DNA of 64,000 nt from a bacterium (GTDB lineage Bacteria > Patescibacteriota > Microgenomatia > Daviesbacterales > UBA10151), in the NCBI GenBank assembly GCA_021786315.1, contig JAJYNN010000002.1, positions 100,160 through 164,159 on the forward strand. Reading direction: 5' to 3'. The translations under genes were made by a program, and so were the position numbers. Below, one piece after another: positions 19,250 through 29,754 of this stretch; positions within the stretch are counted from its first letter, which is position 1, and each line of letters opens with the position of its first letter. The notes below the pieces were generated by a model, which saw only the letters and a program-made list of their open reading frames with translations, had not been told where the DNA came from and did not search any database.

Positions 19250-21372
19250 GATTGAGATACTTGATAAACTTTGGTTTCCCCGGATTGGAAAATTACCTTG
19301 CCAAGTTCGGCGAACTTACTTTCCTGCAACCGCAGATATTTTTGTCTCTCCAGGGTGCCTATAAAAACGTAGGAAATATTGTATTTCTTAATTAACTCTT
19401 TGGTTAAGTTTAAATCCGGTGTTTCATATAAAGTTGTTACATCTTGTGACCTTCGGCCAGCTTCGTCATAAGAGCCCCGCCAGAGCCATTCATGGACCGG
19501 CCAGCCGATTACAGTTGGCAGTCCGGTATTGGAGGAAACCCGGGCAAAGTCAGTGTAGGAATCCCCCTGGCCCTCTAAAATTACCGGTTGGCCTTTGATA
19601 TTTTCCCGTAGCCACATAACTGCCTGATAATCAGTGGGGTAGAGGGTATAAAGGTAGTTTAAGCCGTTTAAGCCTTGATAATTTTCCAGGCCGCCGTAGT
19701 AGGAATTAACGCCGAAGATTGGGTAAATCCCGACTAAAAGGAAAAGCGGAATAAAGATTATATAGAATAGGATCTTTTTTAGTTCCATTATCCGGGTAAT
19801 CATATACCCGGAAATAAGGCCTAAGATAATGAAAGCCTGGTAACCAAGCTTAAAAACGGTGTTGGCCCGGTAGTGGGCAGGATAGATATCCTTAACGTAG
19901 AAAAACTCCGGGATCAGGATTAGGATAGTTGCCCCTAAAGCTAGGACTAAAACTAGATAATCAGAATTTACAATTTTAAATTTTAAATTTTCAAAGAATT
20001 TTTTAATTCTCAATTTTAAAACTAAGATCATAAAGCTAAAAATGACAAAGTAATAAAATCCCCAAAGAATCATTAACATCCACAGCGGGGATTTCATGCA
20101 GTGGTCAGGTTCAAAAAGAAACGGCCCAAGATGGCCTTTATCAACTAAGAACTGGGGAGCGCACAAGACTCCGATTCCCTGGCCAAAGGGGGCAAAAGCC
20201 AGCCAATAGGGTAGGGAAAAGATTACGGCCAGGAAGCTTAGAGGGATCATGACTTTAAATGTTTGCCAAAGTGATTTTTCTAAAGTATGGCCTTTTAAAG
20301 ATGAGAAGAAAAACAGTAATCCGGACACAAGAAGGTAGATCGGGCCGTCCAAAACGTTGGTCATCAAAGAGATCGATATCAGCAGTCCTAGAAGTAAAAT
20401 ATCCGTCAATCTAATCTTAGATTCAAAGAATATCTTAATGAGTAAGGCGATAGTCAAAAGGACAAAGGGGATATTTAAGACGTGGCCGTGCAAGTCAGCG
20501 ACAATAAATGAGTAGCTGGGGAATTCGTGGATGGTAAAAGGGATAAACCGGGTAGCGTTGGGGTACCAATAACCCTGGAGGTTAAAAGAGAAGGGTAACT
20601 GCCAGAAAGGAACCGGTTTATCGGGGGTGTAACTTTGGAAAAAGATATAAATGGTATGCAGGTTCCCTCCTAAAGTGACCAGGAAAGCGCTTAAAATGCC
20701 TGAAAGGTAGGAAAGTTTAGTAATTTGTGCTTTGAAACTGGAATAAAGGTTAAAACCAATGGAAAATGAGGCCGAAAGGCAGATGCCAAAAAGCGTGGCC
20801 AGAATTAAGTTATAGGAGATGCTGGGATCAAAGCCCGAGATTTTAGTCATGACCGCTCCAACAAGATGCCCGAAGTAATAATAATTAATAGAGAGAGGGG
20901 TCATCCAAAGGTCCCGGGGAGGGAAGTATCCGGTGCGGAGAATGGAATTGATGAAACCAAAGTCCATAAACTTTTCCAAGCCGTGGATGGAGGGTTCGTG
21001 GGCTCGGACAAAAGCCCAGAAGATCAACCCCCCTAAAAATAACCCTTCCTCAAGGGCATAAATCCTAAATTGCCCTAAAAGCGGGGGAAGTTTGAGCCGT
21101 TGTTTTTTTCCTCCCCAGATGATTGCCGAGTTAATCCCGATAAAAACCATCCAAATTAGAAACAACTCTAAGGTATTAAACGAAAAAATCCTTAAGCTTG
21201 AGAGAACCCAGGCGATGTAGCTTATTAACAAAACCCCGAGAATTTTCGATAAAGCATAGCCTTTGTCAAAAAAATTATGGAAGATTAAGCCGGTTAAAGG
21301 GAAAAATACGATACCGATTAAAAACCAAAGCAGCCACCACTGTAAAACATAGAAGACATCACCTAAATTCAT
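19246..21372 (-). CDS. large polytopic membrane protein (DUF2298-like, possible GT-C-type enzyme)
   Basis: 708 aa with more than 15 TM segments. It carries an in-frame AT-rich repeat copy (LKLRIKKFFENLKFKIVN). Confidence 0.5.
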   Translation of the reverse strand: MNLGDVFYVLQWWLLWFLIGIVFFPLTGLIFHNFFDKGYALSKILGVLLISYIAWVLSSLRIFSFNTLELFLIWMVFIGINSAIIWGGKKQRLKLPPLLGQFRIYALEEGLFLGGLIFWAFVRAHEPSIHGLEKFMDFGFINSILRTGYFPPRDLWMTPLSINYYYFGHLVGAVMTKISGFDPSISYNLILATLFGICLSASFSIGFNLYSSFKAQITKLSYLSGILSAFLVTLGGNLHTIYIFFQSYTPDKPVPFWQLPFSFNLQGYWYPNATRFIPFTIHEFPSYSFIVADLHGHVLNIPFVLLTIALLIKIFFESKIRLTDILLLGLLISISLMTNVLDGPIYLLVSGLLFFFSSLKGHTLEKSLWQTFKVMIPLSFLAVIFSLPYWLAFAPFGQGIGVLCAPQFLVDKGHLGPFLFEPDHCMKSPLWMLMILWGFYYFVIFSFMILVLKLRIKKFFENLKFKIVNSDYLVLVLALGATILILIPEFFYVKDIYPAHYRANTVFKLGYQAFIILGLISGYMITRIMELKKILFYIIFIPLFLLVGIYPIFGVNSYYGGLENYQGLNGLNYLYTLYPTDYQAVMWLRENIKGQPVILEGQGDSYTDFARVSSNTGLPTVIGWPVHEWLWRGSYDEAGRRSQDVTTLYETPDLNLTKELIKKYNISYVFIGTLERQKYLRLQESKFAELGKVIFQSGETKVYQVSQS
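19961..20030. repeat. AT-rich palindromic repeat family copy (in frame within membrane-protein gene)
   Basis: tcagaatttacaattttaaattttaaattttcaaagaattttttaattctcaattttaaaac. Confidence 0.55.
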
Positions 21373-21381
21373 GAATACATT

Positions 21382-22002
21382 TTACGGCAAATACCTTTGA
21401 ATTTCTGCAACTTGGGTAACGGGGATAATACCGGAAGGGACACTTGCCATTTTATGGGTTGGGTTGTACCAAAAAAACTTTGTTTTAGGGCAAGTTTTAT
21501 GGAGGTGTTTTAAAAGATCTAAGTCGTCATCAATGTAAAGATTAATTTTTAACCTCTTGATAGCTTTTTCCTTAAAAAGGTGGGGTTGCTCATTTTTGGT
21601 GTTGAGGTTGACTGAGGAAAAAACATCGGCCAGGTGGTATCTTCTTAAAAGCTTGTGGGTAATTTTTTCCAAGAATTTATAGCGGCTGGAAATCAGGTAA
21701 AGGTTATGGTGCTTATGGTTTTGGTGAAGCTCGTAAATAAAATTCGTATTGGTGGAAATCTTGGGCCGGAAAAGGTGGAAATGACTGATTTTACGGAGGG
21801 TCTGTTCGGTTTTGGAATGGGGAATACGGTAAGTCAAAGTTTTTTTATCGTGTCTTCTATATAACCAATCAATTAACCAGGCCGGGACAAAAGGGGGATA
21901 GTTTACTAAAACACGATCGAAGTCAAAACCGATGTTTTGGGGGACAAATCTGGACATATCGTCTTCCCTTTGTTGAGTCTTTTTCCCAGATTGTCCCTTC
22001 AT
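21382..22002 (-). CDS. HAD-superfamily-like hydrolase (putative)
   Basis: GFDFDRVLV (motif I, DxD) and YIDDDLDLL (motif IV-like). Confidence 0.4.
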   Translation of the reverse strand: MKGQSGKKTQQREDDMSRFVPQNIGFDFDRVLVNYPPFVPAWLIDWLYRRHDKKTLTYRIPHSKTEQTLRKISHFHLFRPKISTNTNFIYELHQNHKHHNLYLISSRYKFLEKITHKLLRRYHLADVFSSVNLNTKNEQPHLFKEKAIKRLKINLYIDDDLDLLKHLHKTCPKTKFFWYNPTHKMASVPSGIIPVTQVAEIQRYLP

Positions 22003-22004
22003 AT

Positions 22005-23084
22005 CTATTTCTCGCTTTGGGGATATGCCGTGAATAATTTACCCCAATCGGTTTTCAAAAATCTACCGGTTCTCCACCTGCCGAAGCGGTTCCACCAGTA
22101 CCTGTCATGATAAAAATTGGAGGCAAAATAGCTCCAGGGAACAATGGCTGACTGTAATAAAGCTTTTTCGACCCAAATAGGAGCATGATGGTAGATTAGC
22201 TTTTGGCCTTTGGAGGCTAAGGTATCGCGTTTTTTGTAGTGCCAATTAACTTTAGAGATGTCTTCGCCGACCACTGTAATCTTTTTCGGATCAGCAATTC
22301 CTAAGTTGCCTTCCTGGGCTAATTTTAAATAATCCAGTTTTAAGGGGTTAAAGCCCATCATCTTGGCGGCAATAGCATCAATTGAGACTAAATCCGAACT
22401 TGCCAGAAGGTACCCTTTTTCTTCCCACTCCATTGCCCGGGGTCCGGAACCCTTGCCGACAGTAGTGCCGTCCATAACGGCAAATCTTCCGGGATGGATC
22501 TCTTCCTGGATTGCCAGAAGGTCAACCAAAGTTTCGTGGATATTGCGGTGGGCGTAGTGGCGGGTAGTGCGCAGCATCCCAAAGTAATTTTTCATCGCTC
22601 CGGTGTTGGTGGTAAAGACATGCATCTTCATAGTGGGAAGGTGGATAATATTTTTGCCGACGATAATTTTAGGAAGTGAAATTTTATGGAAAACATTGCC
22701 CATAACCAGCATTTTGGATTTTGGGGTGTAATCCACATAAGGCTCATCGGTCAAAAAGTGCATCTTGACTCCATATTTTTTAAGGACCGGCAGCCATTTA
22801 TTATTAAAGGCGCCTTTTTCCACCTTGGTAACGACAGTGCGGTTTTCTACCGGGATAATATCTTTGGGTTTGACGCCGTCTTCAATTAAAGTTTTTAAGA
22901 CCGCTTCCAGTTGCCAGGGCCAGGAAGAACAAGCCGGATAAAATCTGGTCCAGGAAAGGTTGATTTTAATGACTGTGGGAACGGAAAGGTCGAAAGTTTT
23001 TAAATAGCCGGATTTGCGGAGGAGCTTTTGGTAATCGGAAATGATTGTATTGGGGCTGGCTTTGGAAACGTAAACTTTGCTCAT
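22005..23084 (-). CDS. hypothetical protein (DUF362-like)
   Basis: 359 aa with weak resemblance to DUF362. It lies inside the glycosyltransferase cluster. Confidence 0.35.
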   Translation of the reverse strand: MSKVYVSKASPNTIISDYQKLLRKSGYLKTFDLSVPTVIKINLSWTRFYPACSSWPWQLEAVLKTLIEDGVKPKDIIPVENRTVVTKVEKGAFNNKWLPVLKKYGVKMHFLTDEPYVDYTPKSKMLVMGNVFHKISLPKIIVGKNIIHLPTMKMHVFTTNTGAMKNYFGMLRTTRHYAHRNIHETLVDLLAIQEEIHPGRFAVMDGTTVGKGSGPRAMEWEEKGYLLASSDLVSIDAIAAKMMGFNPLKLDYLKLAQEGNLGIADPKKITVVGEDISKVNWHYKKRDTLASKGQKLIYHHAPIWVEKALLQSAIVPWSYFASNFYHDRYWWNRFGRWRTGRFLKTDWGKLFTAYPQSEK

Positions 23085-23105
23085 AATTTTAGTCTCTAGA
23101 AACTA

Positions 23106-24260
23106 GTGTATCATATACAAGTGCGCTTACTTTTTACAAGCACGTATTATTTGCCTTATATTTCCGGGTTAACGGTTTATATCTCCCGATTATCCGGTGA
23201 ACTAATTAAAAAGGGTTACCAAGTAAACATCCTGGCTTCCCAACATCAAAAAGATTTACCTTCGGAAGAGGATTATCAAGGAATAAAAGTTTTTCGTACT
23301 CCATATTTTTGGAGACTGAGTAAGGGTTTTATCTTACCCCTTTATCCTTACCATGTTTATAAACTTCTGCAAAATAACGATATCCTAATTATCAACCTTC
23401 CTCAATTTGAAGGGTTTGTTTCAGCTTTTATCGCCAAAATCTTAAAGAAAAAAATTATTTGTATTTATAACTGTGAGGTTTATTTGCCCAAGGGATGGGT
23501 AAATAGAGTAATTGAAAAGCTTCTGCTATTATCAACTTGGATCACCCTGCAACTGGCGGATCGTGTGGTAACCTATACCAAAGATTATGCCGAAAGTTCT
23601 AAGTTATTGCCCCAATTCTGGAAGAAAGTAACTTTTCTTTATCCTCCCATTCCGGCACCCAAAATTCAAATCTTGGCGAGAAAGAGGTTACTCAAAGGTA
23701 TTCCTCCGGCAACAAGGTATACCATCGGCTTTGCCGCTCGATTAACTGCTGAGAAAGGAATTGAGTATTTACTGGCTTCCATTCCCGGCTTAAGGAAGCG
23801 ACTAGGGGAAAACTTTATAATTTTATTTATCGGTCCCGAGCATCCGGTAGGGGAGGAGAAGTATTTTCGAAAAATCAAACCCTTAATGGACCAAAATAGA
23901 AAATATCTAAAATTTTTAGGAGTCTTACCGGCGGAGGAGATGGGCTCGTTTTACAGTCTGTTGGATGTGCTTATTTTGCCAAGCGTGAATTCCACAGAAG
24001 CTTTTGGGATGGTTCAGGTAGAGGCAATGATGCTGGGTGTTCCGGTCGTCGCCAGTGATTTGCCGGGTGTCCGTGTTCCCATACAGAAGACAGGTATGGG
24101 AAAAATTATTCCCATTAAAAATACCTCAGCTTTGGTCGAAGCGGTTGTTGATGTGCTTTTGCATAAGGAAAAATTTATTCGCAGCAGGGCAAAGGTGGAG
24201 AGTGAGTTTTCTTTAGACAAAACGATTAGGGATTATTTAGAGATACTGCGGGAAGATTAA
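23106..24260 (+). CDS. glycosyltransferase family 4
   Basis: EAFGMVQVEAMMLGVPVVASD matches the GT4 E-x7-E motif. Confidence 0.75.
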   Translation: MYHIQVRLLFTSTYYLPYISGLTVYISRLSGELIKKGYQVNILASQHQKDLPSEEDYQGIKVFRTPYFWRLSKGFILPLYPYHVYKLLQNNDILIINLPQFEGFVSAFIAKILKKKIICIYNCEVYLPKGWVNRVIEKLLLLSTWITLQLADRVVTYTKDYAESSKLLPQFWKKVTFLYPPIPAPKIQILARKRLLKGIPPATRYTIGFAARLTAEKGIEYLLASIPGLRKRLGENFIILFIGPEHPVGEEKYFRKIKPLMDQNRKYLKFLGVLPAEEMGSFYSLLDVLILPSVNSTEAFGMVQVEAMMLGVPVVASDLPGVRVPIQKTGMGKIIPIKNTSALVEAVVDVLLHKEKFIRSRAKVESEFSLDKTIRDYLEILRED

Positions 24261-26016
24261 TTGGGGCAACTTTTTGGAAAATGATGACCTTGGGGTGATC
24301 GTAAACGGTAAACATTTCATCAGCATAATCATCAATAATGTTTAGGCCAAAGTTGGGGCATGTGCTATTCTGGTGAGCGATAATTCCGTAGTTGGTAAAA
24401 GGCGGCCGTAAACAAATATGCAGAAAGGGAACGGGCAAAACTGGGCGGGAGGTAAATTCTGCCACTTTGGTAAAGCCCAACGATCCATCAAATAATGATT
24501 TATAGAATTGGTTAGTTTGCGGGTATTTTTCCGGTGACCGGGTGATGGAACCATAAAGGCGGTTACTGGACAAAATAATATAATTGGTTTGGTTTAAATT
24601 TTGGGCCATTTGTTCCCATTTCTGGCTGGTCTCAGAATCATAAAGAGGGAAACGGACTCCCTGATAAATGGAGGATGAATGCTGAGGCAGGTTGAGCGGT
24701 AGCGGATCATCCCAATATTCATAGGATATTTGTGAACCAGCAGGAATATTTTTATAGATCCATTCTGATGCCTGGACTCTGGTATGAGGTTGGGTGTAGA
24801 TAGAAACAAAAGATAAGGGCCAGATTAAGGCAAGAATGAGGAAAGATAATTTAATTGGCCTAGACAACTTGAGAGATTCTAAAAAGAAGGCGGTAAGGAT
24901 TAGCAAGGGGGGATAAAGTGGAAGAAAATATCGCATGGCTTTGGCAAACTGAATTCCCTGATAAAAAAAGACTGAGCCGGTAAAAGTTAGGAGCAGAAGG
25001 ATGGAATTTTGGGTAAACGAAAGCCGGAAGACCTGTAATTTAGTAGCAATTAAAACACGGAATGTCTTGATTGTGAGAGCCAGTGTCCCTAAAAAAGCCG
25101 CTATTCCCAGAGGTAAGCCTAAGCCCCAAAAAATAATATCCCGTAGGGGATAAAGAAGTGGTGTGGTGTGAAACCATTGGACAGAGGGAGGGTATGATGA
25201 GCTAGGCGAGGCCAAATTATTCAACTCCATAAGGCTTTTTAAAAGTGGAGTTAACGAGAGGTCAAAGATGGAAGTAGCCGAGAAAGCGTATGGATCGAAA
25301 ATACGGAAAGTAAGAAGCGCCAGTAGAAAAAAGACTGAATAATGGTAAAGAGTTCGGCGGCTGTTTTCTAAAAAAGAAGACAAAGCAACCAGAAGAAAAA
25401 CCGGAAGTAAGAGTAAGGCATTAATTTTAGAGGAAACCCCCAATCCAAATAATATGGCGGAAAAGATAATTAGCCACCAAGAAGGGCGAGTGAGGGTCAG
25501 AAGGAGCAGATAAAAGGCGGCCAGCATAAAAAAATTAGTGAAAGTGTCAACAGTAAAGAAATGAGCTTGTTGGATGGGTAAAACTGCAACGGTGTACAGT
25601 AATGCTGCCAGAAGCCCTGCTTTAGAGGAAAAAGCCTTCTTTCCGATGAGAAAAACTATAACCACTGTTCCTAAATCAAATAAACCGGACAGAGCTCGGC
25701 CCATAAGGACCAGATGGTCATAATCTGTCAAGTTGAGGATTTGAGCCGCCGCTTTAACTAAAAAGAGAGGAAAAGTGCCATAAACAAAGAATGGAAAGTT
25801 TTTATTGGCCGGATTTAAAGGAGAAATCGGGGTAGAAAAATATTCCGGAATACTTTTGGGCCATTCGAGAGCCTCAGTAACCATAGTCAAAAATCTTTCA
25901 TCAGGATGAAGATGCTGGTTTTGGTCCCAATTTAAGCCGTAAAAACGGAGTGTGGCCGCCAGTATCAAAATCAATGAAAGTTGTAAAAGGTGGTTAGTTT
26001 TCCAAAAGTTGGCCAT
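24226..26016 (-). CDS. GT-C fold glycosyltransferase, PMT/ArnT-like (GT39/GT83-type)
   Basis: First-loop LRFYGLNWDQNQHLHPDERF contains the DE motif. More than 10 TM segments plus a C-terminal soluble domain. Confidence 0.55.
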   Translation of the reverse strand: MANFWKTNHLLQLSLILILAATLRFYGLNWDQNQHLHPDERFLTMVTEALEWPKSIPEYFSTPISPLNPANKNFPFFVYGTFPLFLVKAAAQILNLTDYDHLVLMGRALSGLFDLGTVVIVFLIGKKAFSSKAGLLAALLYTVAVLPIQQAHFFTVDTFTNFFMLAAFYLLLLTLTRPSWWLIIFSAILFGLGVSSKINALLLLPVFLLVALSSFLENSRRTLYHYSVFFLLALLTFRIFDPYAFSATSIFDLSLTPLLKSLMELNNLASPSSSYPPSVQWFHTTPLLYPLRDIIFWGLGLPLGIAAFLGTLALTIKTFRVLIATKLQVFRLSFTQNSILLLLTFTGSVFFYQGIQFAKAMRYFLPLYPPLLILTAFFLESLKLSRPIKLSFLILALIWPLSFVSIYTQPHTRVQASEWIYKNIPAGSQISYEYWDDPLPLNLPQHSSSIYQGVRFPLYDSETSQKWEQMAQNLNQTNYIILSSNRLYGSITRSPEKYPQTNQFYKSLFDGSLGFTKVAEFTSRPVLPVPFLHICLRPPFTNYGIIAHQNSTCPNFGLNIIDDYADEMFTVYDHPKVIIFQKVAPINLPAVSLNNP

Positions 26017-27676
26017 TTTTTAAACCCTTTAAGATATCAACTTTTTTAAAGACCCTAATAACCGGGTGGTCAAAGACACTCCAGGTTTCTTCGGCCGTTT
26101 CATCCGGAAACTCTATTTTGTAACCTAAAAGCGAGATGGTGGGATAAGAGGTAAATTCCTTAATTTTGGAAAATCCCAATTGCCCGGAAAAAAGCGCCTG
26201 ATAAAAAGCAGCGGTTTTGGGAAATTTCTTTGGGTTGTGATCCAAAAAGATTCGCCGGCTTTCGATGATTATATAGTCAGCAGTTTGGAGGTCGTCTATT
26301 ACCTGAAACTGGACTTGAGAGTTATTCTCATAGTTATAAAAATTAGCTGAAACCCGCCGGAAGTTACCCTCCAGGGGCAAATCTACCATGTTTCCCTCCT
26401 CCACAAAAAAGGTAGAGTTGGGGTTGGCATGGGAAAGCAGCCAATTGGAGGCGGTAGTTCTGACGTCCTGATTTATATAAATGGAAAAGAAGGCCAACAG
26501 TAAAACCGAATTAAGAATTAGGAATGAAGAATTTAGAATTAGGGAGAAATGTTTGTGGATTTTTAGTTGAGAAAGTTTGTAAAGAAAAAAAGCTGCAAAG
26601 ATAGCGAAAAAGGGGAAAGTGGGGGCAACAAAGCGGGTCCACTTGGCAAAAAGGAAGGCGTTGGGGAGGAAGAGGGATAAGAAGCCAGTAATAAGGAGCA
26701 TGGGATATGTAGTAAGGGATACGGATTTGGATTTGAAGATAGAGTAAATTATTAAGAAAAAGCCAAGGAACCCGAATAAAAGAAGAGGCAGGCCGAGGGC
26801 AAAAGGGTAAATTTTGGTTAGCTGGAAAATTACAGGAGTAGTGCCGATAAATTGCCGGGTGTAAAAGACCGGCAAGCTACCGGCAGCCAAAGAGCTTTCA
26901 TACTTAAAGCTTGATAGAAAATGGGGAAAGTCTAAAAAAAGATAGGGGTCAACTGCGAACAAAATCAGTCCCGTAATAATTACACTTAAAACCAGACCAA
27001 GAATCATTTTGGAAGATTTCGGCCGGTATTTGAGAATAATAGCTAAAGCTAAAGTGATTCCAAAAAATGCTCCGCTTACTTTTACCCCTAAAGCGAGTCC
27101 AAGGAAAATAGAGGCTAAAGCAATAGGGGATAAGGACAGAAATGATATTTGGGAGAACCTGGAAATATGGGAGTCGGGAGTACCGGTAAATTTTAAAAGG
27201 AAGTAGAGGGATGCCAGTAAAAAGAAAATTAGGTTTGATTCCGGGGTGGCAAAGTGGGCTTGTTGGATTAATCCCGGAGTGAGGGCTGTGAGGGTAGCTG
27301 CCAGCAGGGCATAACCTTCGGGAAGAAACTTCCGGCTGATTTTGTAAACCAAAAAGATAGTCAGGGTAGAAAAAAGGGCGGAATAGAAACGCCCGACCAA
27401 AAAATAATTTAAATTGGCAAAATTAGAGTAGAGGGAGGAAAGAAAAGCTTTGGTAAAGTACATTAGATAGATGGTGACAGTGCCATAGGAAAAAAAGTGG
27501 GGGTTCATTTGGGCGGGGAAGGAGAGCTGGTTGGCTGAAATAACCAGGTGGTATTCATCGGGGTGGGTAAATAAACCTTGGCCCCAGTCTAATTTATAAA
27601 ATCTGAGTAATCCTCCCAGAATTAAAATTAGAGCTAAAATTAAGTGGGTTCTGTTAATTTGCCTCATAAATTTCAA
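25994..27676 (-). CDS. GT-C fold glycosyltransferase, PMT/ArnT-like (paralog of upstream gene)
   Basis: LRFYKLDWGQGLFTHPDEYH gives the same architecture. It carries an in-frame AT-rich repeat (FSLILNSSFLILNS). Confidence 0.55.
   Translation of the reverse strand: MKFMRQINRTHLILALILILGGLLRFYKLDWGQGLFTHPDEYHLVISANQLSFPAQMNPHFFSYGTVTIYLMYFTKAFLSSLYSNFANLNYFLVGRFYSALFSTLTIFLVYKISRKFLPEGYALLAATLTALTPGLIQQAHFATPESNLIFFLLASLYFLLKFTGTPDSHISRFSQISFLSLSPIALASIFLGLALGVKVSGAFFGITLALAIILKYRPKSSKMILGLVLSVIITGLILFAVDPYLFLDFPHFLSSFKYESSLAAGSLPVFYTRQFIGTTPVIFQLTKIYPFALGLPLLLFGFLGFFLIIYSIFKSKSVSLTTYPMLLITGFLSLFLPNAFLFAKWTRFVAPTFPFFAIFAAFFLYKLSQLKIHKHFSLILNSSFLILNSVLLLAFFSIYINQDVRTTASNWLLSHANPNSTFFVEEGNMVDLPLEGNFRRVSANFYNYENNSQVQFQVIDDLQTADYIIIESRRIFLDHNPKKFPKTAAFYQALFSGQLGFSKIKEFTSYPTISLLGYKIEFPDETAEETWSVFDHPVIRVFKKVDILKGLKNGQLLEN
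26508..26552. repeat. AT-rich palindromic repeat family copy (in frame, minus-strand gene)
   Basis: gaattaagaattaggaatgaagaatttagaattagggag. Confidence 0.6.
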
Positions 27677-27691
27677 ATTTAAAATTGAAAA

Positions 27692-29044
27692 TTAGTTTTC
27701 ATGGTTTATTAATTCCGCCACCTGTTCACCCATTTCGATGGCGTAGTTTGTCCCCCGGTCCCAAGGATAAACCATATCCATATTGGCGGTATAAACATTT
27801 GGGAGGGGAGAATGAAACTTGGGGATCAGGTCTTGATAGTTAGTGGTGACTACTGGTTGGGCAAAGGGAGCGGGAAAAAGATAGGGGTTAGGGGTTAGTA
27901 GTTGGTAGTTAGGATTAATTTTTTTTAGATATGGATCATAAACTTTTAAGAGCTGTTGGGCGGACATTTTAAGGTAAGGATGATCATTGGGCAGGTAATT
28001 ACCGACATATAAAATATGCTCGTTACTGTAGTTTTTTGGCGACATGAAGTTGGTGTGCTCGGCTAAAACCAGGAAAGGGAAGCTTTTATCGGTGATATTT
28101 AGCCAATATGTATCTTTTAAAAACGGTTTCTTGAGGGTTAAAATAAGGTTTAAGGCAGACAGGTGGGGAATTGATTTGGCCTTGTCCATATATGATTTAG
28201 GCAACCCCGGAGCGATTTTGGTAAAGACCGGAGTGGGTAGGGTGGAAAGGACAATATCCCCGGAAAAGACCCCTTTGTCGGTTAATATCTCGTAGTAATT
28301 TTTCTTGTGCTTAAGCTCCAAAATATCAGCTTTGAGAACAATTTGTCTCCCCAGCTTTTCGATCCTTTGGGCAATCTTATCGGCAAAAACCTGGAATCCT
28401 CCCTCAGGGTAGGCAAGTGACGGAGTGCGTTTTTTAATTCTGGCCCAGAACCACGAAAGAGCAATTTCTTCCTTAAAATCCCCAAATTTACCCTGGAACA
28501 AGGGTTCCCAGATCGTTTCGGTTGATTTTTGGCCCATATACTTTCTTAACCAGGGTAGGGCTTTCCTGCGGCTTAAGCTGTCCGGATTGGCAATATATCT
28601 TAAATAGGCGGTAACCAAACCCATTCTTAACTTATCAATCATTGGCAAGTAGGGGAATTGGAGTATGGAGATAGGGGAATCTAAGGGGAGAAAATTATTC
28701 TGGATATAGACATCAGTGCTGGGTCTGACAGTAATTACCGGGTGGTTTAACTCTTTTGCCAGTCCTAAAGCACAATTGTCGCTGGTAAACCAATGATGGT
28801 AAGCTTTTTCTAAAGTCCAATCCCATCCTGGTTTTTTAAACCCACCGGCTAATCCTCCCACCTCCGGTTCTTTTTCGATGACGGTAACCTCGAAACCTTG
28901 TTGCAGAAGCCGTAAAGCTGCTGTGAGTCCGGTAAACCCTCCACCTAAGATAACCACTTTCATTAAATGTATTGTACCAATTTTTCCCAAGAAATCTTGC
29001 TTATCCTTGTGGTCGGAAACTTTTTTTGGTAGACTGTGGGGCAT
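27692..29044 (-). CDS. FAD-dependent oxidoreductase (amine oxidase / phytoene desaturase superfamily)
   Basis: N-terminal Rossmann VVILGGGFTGLTAALRL...VIEKEPEVGG (GxGxxG...E). Confidence 0.6.
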   Translation of the reverse strand: MPHSLPKKVSDHKDKQDFLGKIGTIHLMKVVILGGGFTGLTAALRLLQQGFEVTVIEKEPEVGGLAGGFKKPGWDWTLEKAYHHWFTSDNCALGLAKELNHPVITVRPSTDVYIQNNFLPLDSPISILQFPYLPMIDKLRMGLVTAYLRYIANPDSLSRRKALPWLRKYMGQKSTETIWEPLFQGKFGDFKEEIALSWFWARIKKRTPSLAYPEGGFQVFADKIAQRIEKLGRQIVLKADILELKHKKNYYEILTDKGVFSGDIVLSTLPTPVFTKIAPGLPKSYMDKAKSIPHLSALNLILTLKKPFLKDTYWLNITDKSFPFLVLAEHTNFMSPKNYSNEHILYVGNYLPNDHPYLKMSAQQLLKVYDPYLKKINPNYQLLTPNPYLFPAPFAQPVVTTNYQDLIPKFHSPLPNVYTANMDMVYPWDRGTNYAIEMGEQVAELINHEN

Positions 29045-29747
29045 GGCTCAACCTAAAACTGACCATATTCCTCAACACATTGCCATTATTATGGACGGCA
29101 ACCGCCGCTGGGCCAGGCTTCGGGGTTTACCGGACACTAGAGGGCATCAGGCAGGGACAGAAGCTTTAGAAAAGACGCTGGAAGCGGCTGCCAAGATAGG
29201 TGTGAAGACACTGACTGTTTATGCACTCTCCACGGAAAATATCCAGGAAAGAGCCAAACGGGAAGTTTCCGGCATCTTTCAAATTTTAAGGAGCGGTTAC
29301 CGGCATAAATTAAAAAAAATGATGCAAAGGGGAGTTAAGGTGGCCATATTAGGGGAGCTTGAAGGCTTACCTTTAACTGTCCGCCGGATTATCGAAGAGA
29401 TTAAAAAAACTGTTATCCAAAATGAATCCATTAAACTCAATATCGCCCTAAATTACGGAGGGAAGAGGGAGTTAATTGAGGCCATTAAAGATATCGTCAA
29501 AGAGGGTGTGGATGTCAGTAGGATTAACGAGAATACAATCGACAACCACCTGTACACTAACGGTCAGTCCGACCCCGAGTTGGTCATCCGGACTGGTGGC
29601 CGTATCAGGTTATCCAACTTTTTGCTTTGGCAAACAGCTTACTCTGAACTCTACTTTACCAAAACACTTTGGCCGGATTTTGGCCCGGCTGATTTGAAAA
29701 AGGCCATTACTTGGTACCAAAAACAAAAAAGAAACTTCGGCAAGTGA
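29043..29747 (+). CDS. uppS: undecaprenyl/polyprenyl diphosphate synthase (cis-IPPS)
   Basis: HIAIIMDGNRRWA...RGH..G...TVYALSTEN. Start set at the Met of MAQPK; the longer ORF from 28878 overlaps the divergent gene. Confidence 0.85.
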   Translation: MAQPKTDHIPQHIAIIMDGNRRWARLRGLPDTRGHQAGTEALEKTLEAAAKIGVKTLTVYALSTENIQERAKREVSGIFQILRSGYRHKLKKMMQRGVKVAILGELEGLPLTVRRIIEEIKKTVIQNESIKLNIALNYGGKRELIEAIKDIVKEGVDVSRINENTIDNHLYTNGQSDPELVIRTGGRIRLSNFLLWQTAYSELYFTKTLWPDFGPADLKKAITWYQKQKRNFGK

Positions 29748-29754
29748 TTTGTCG

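Noticed and set aside
28878-29042. Long N-terminal extension of uppS (ORF from 28878)
   Set aside because: It would overlap the divergent FAD-oxidoreductase gene by about 165 nt. The canonical UppS N-terminus (QHIAIIMDGNRRW) follows the internal Met at 29043.
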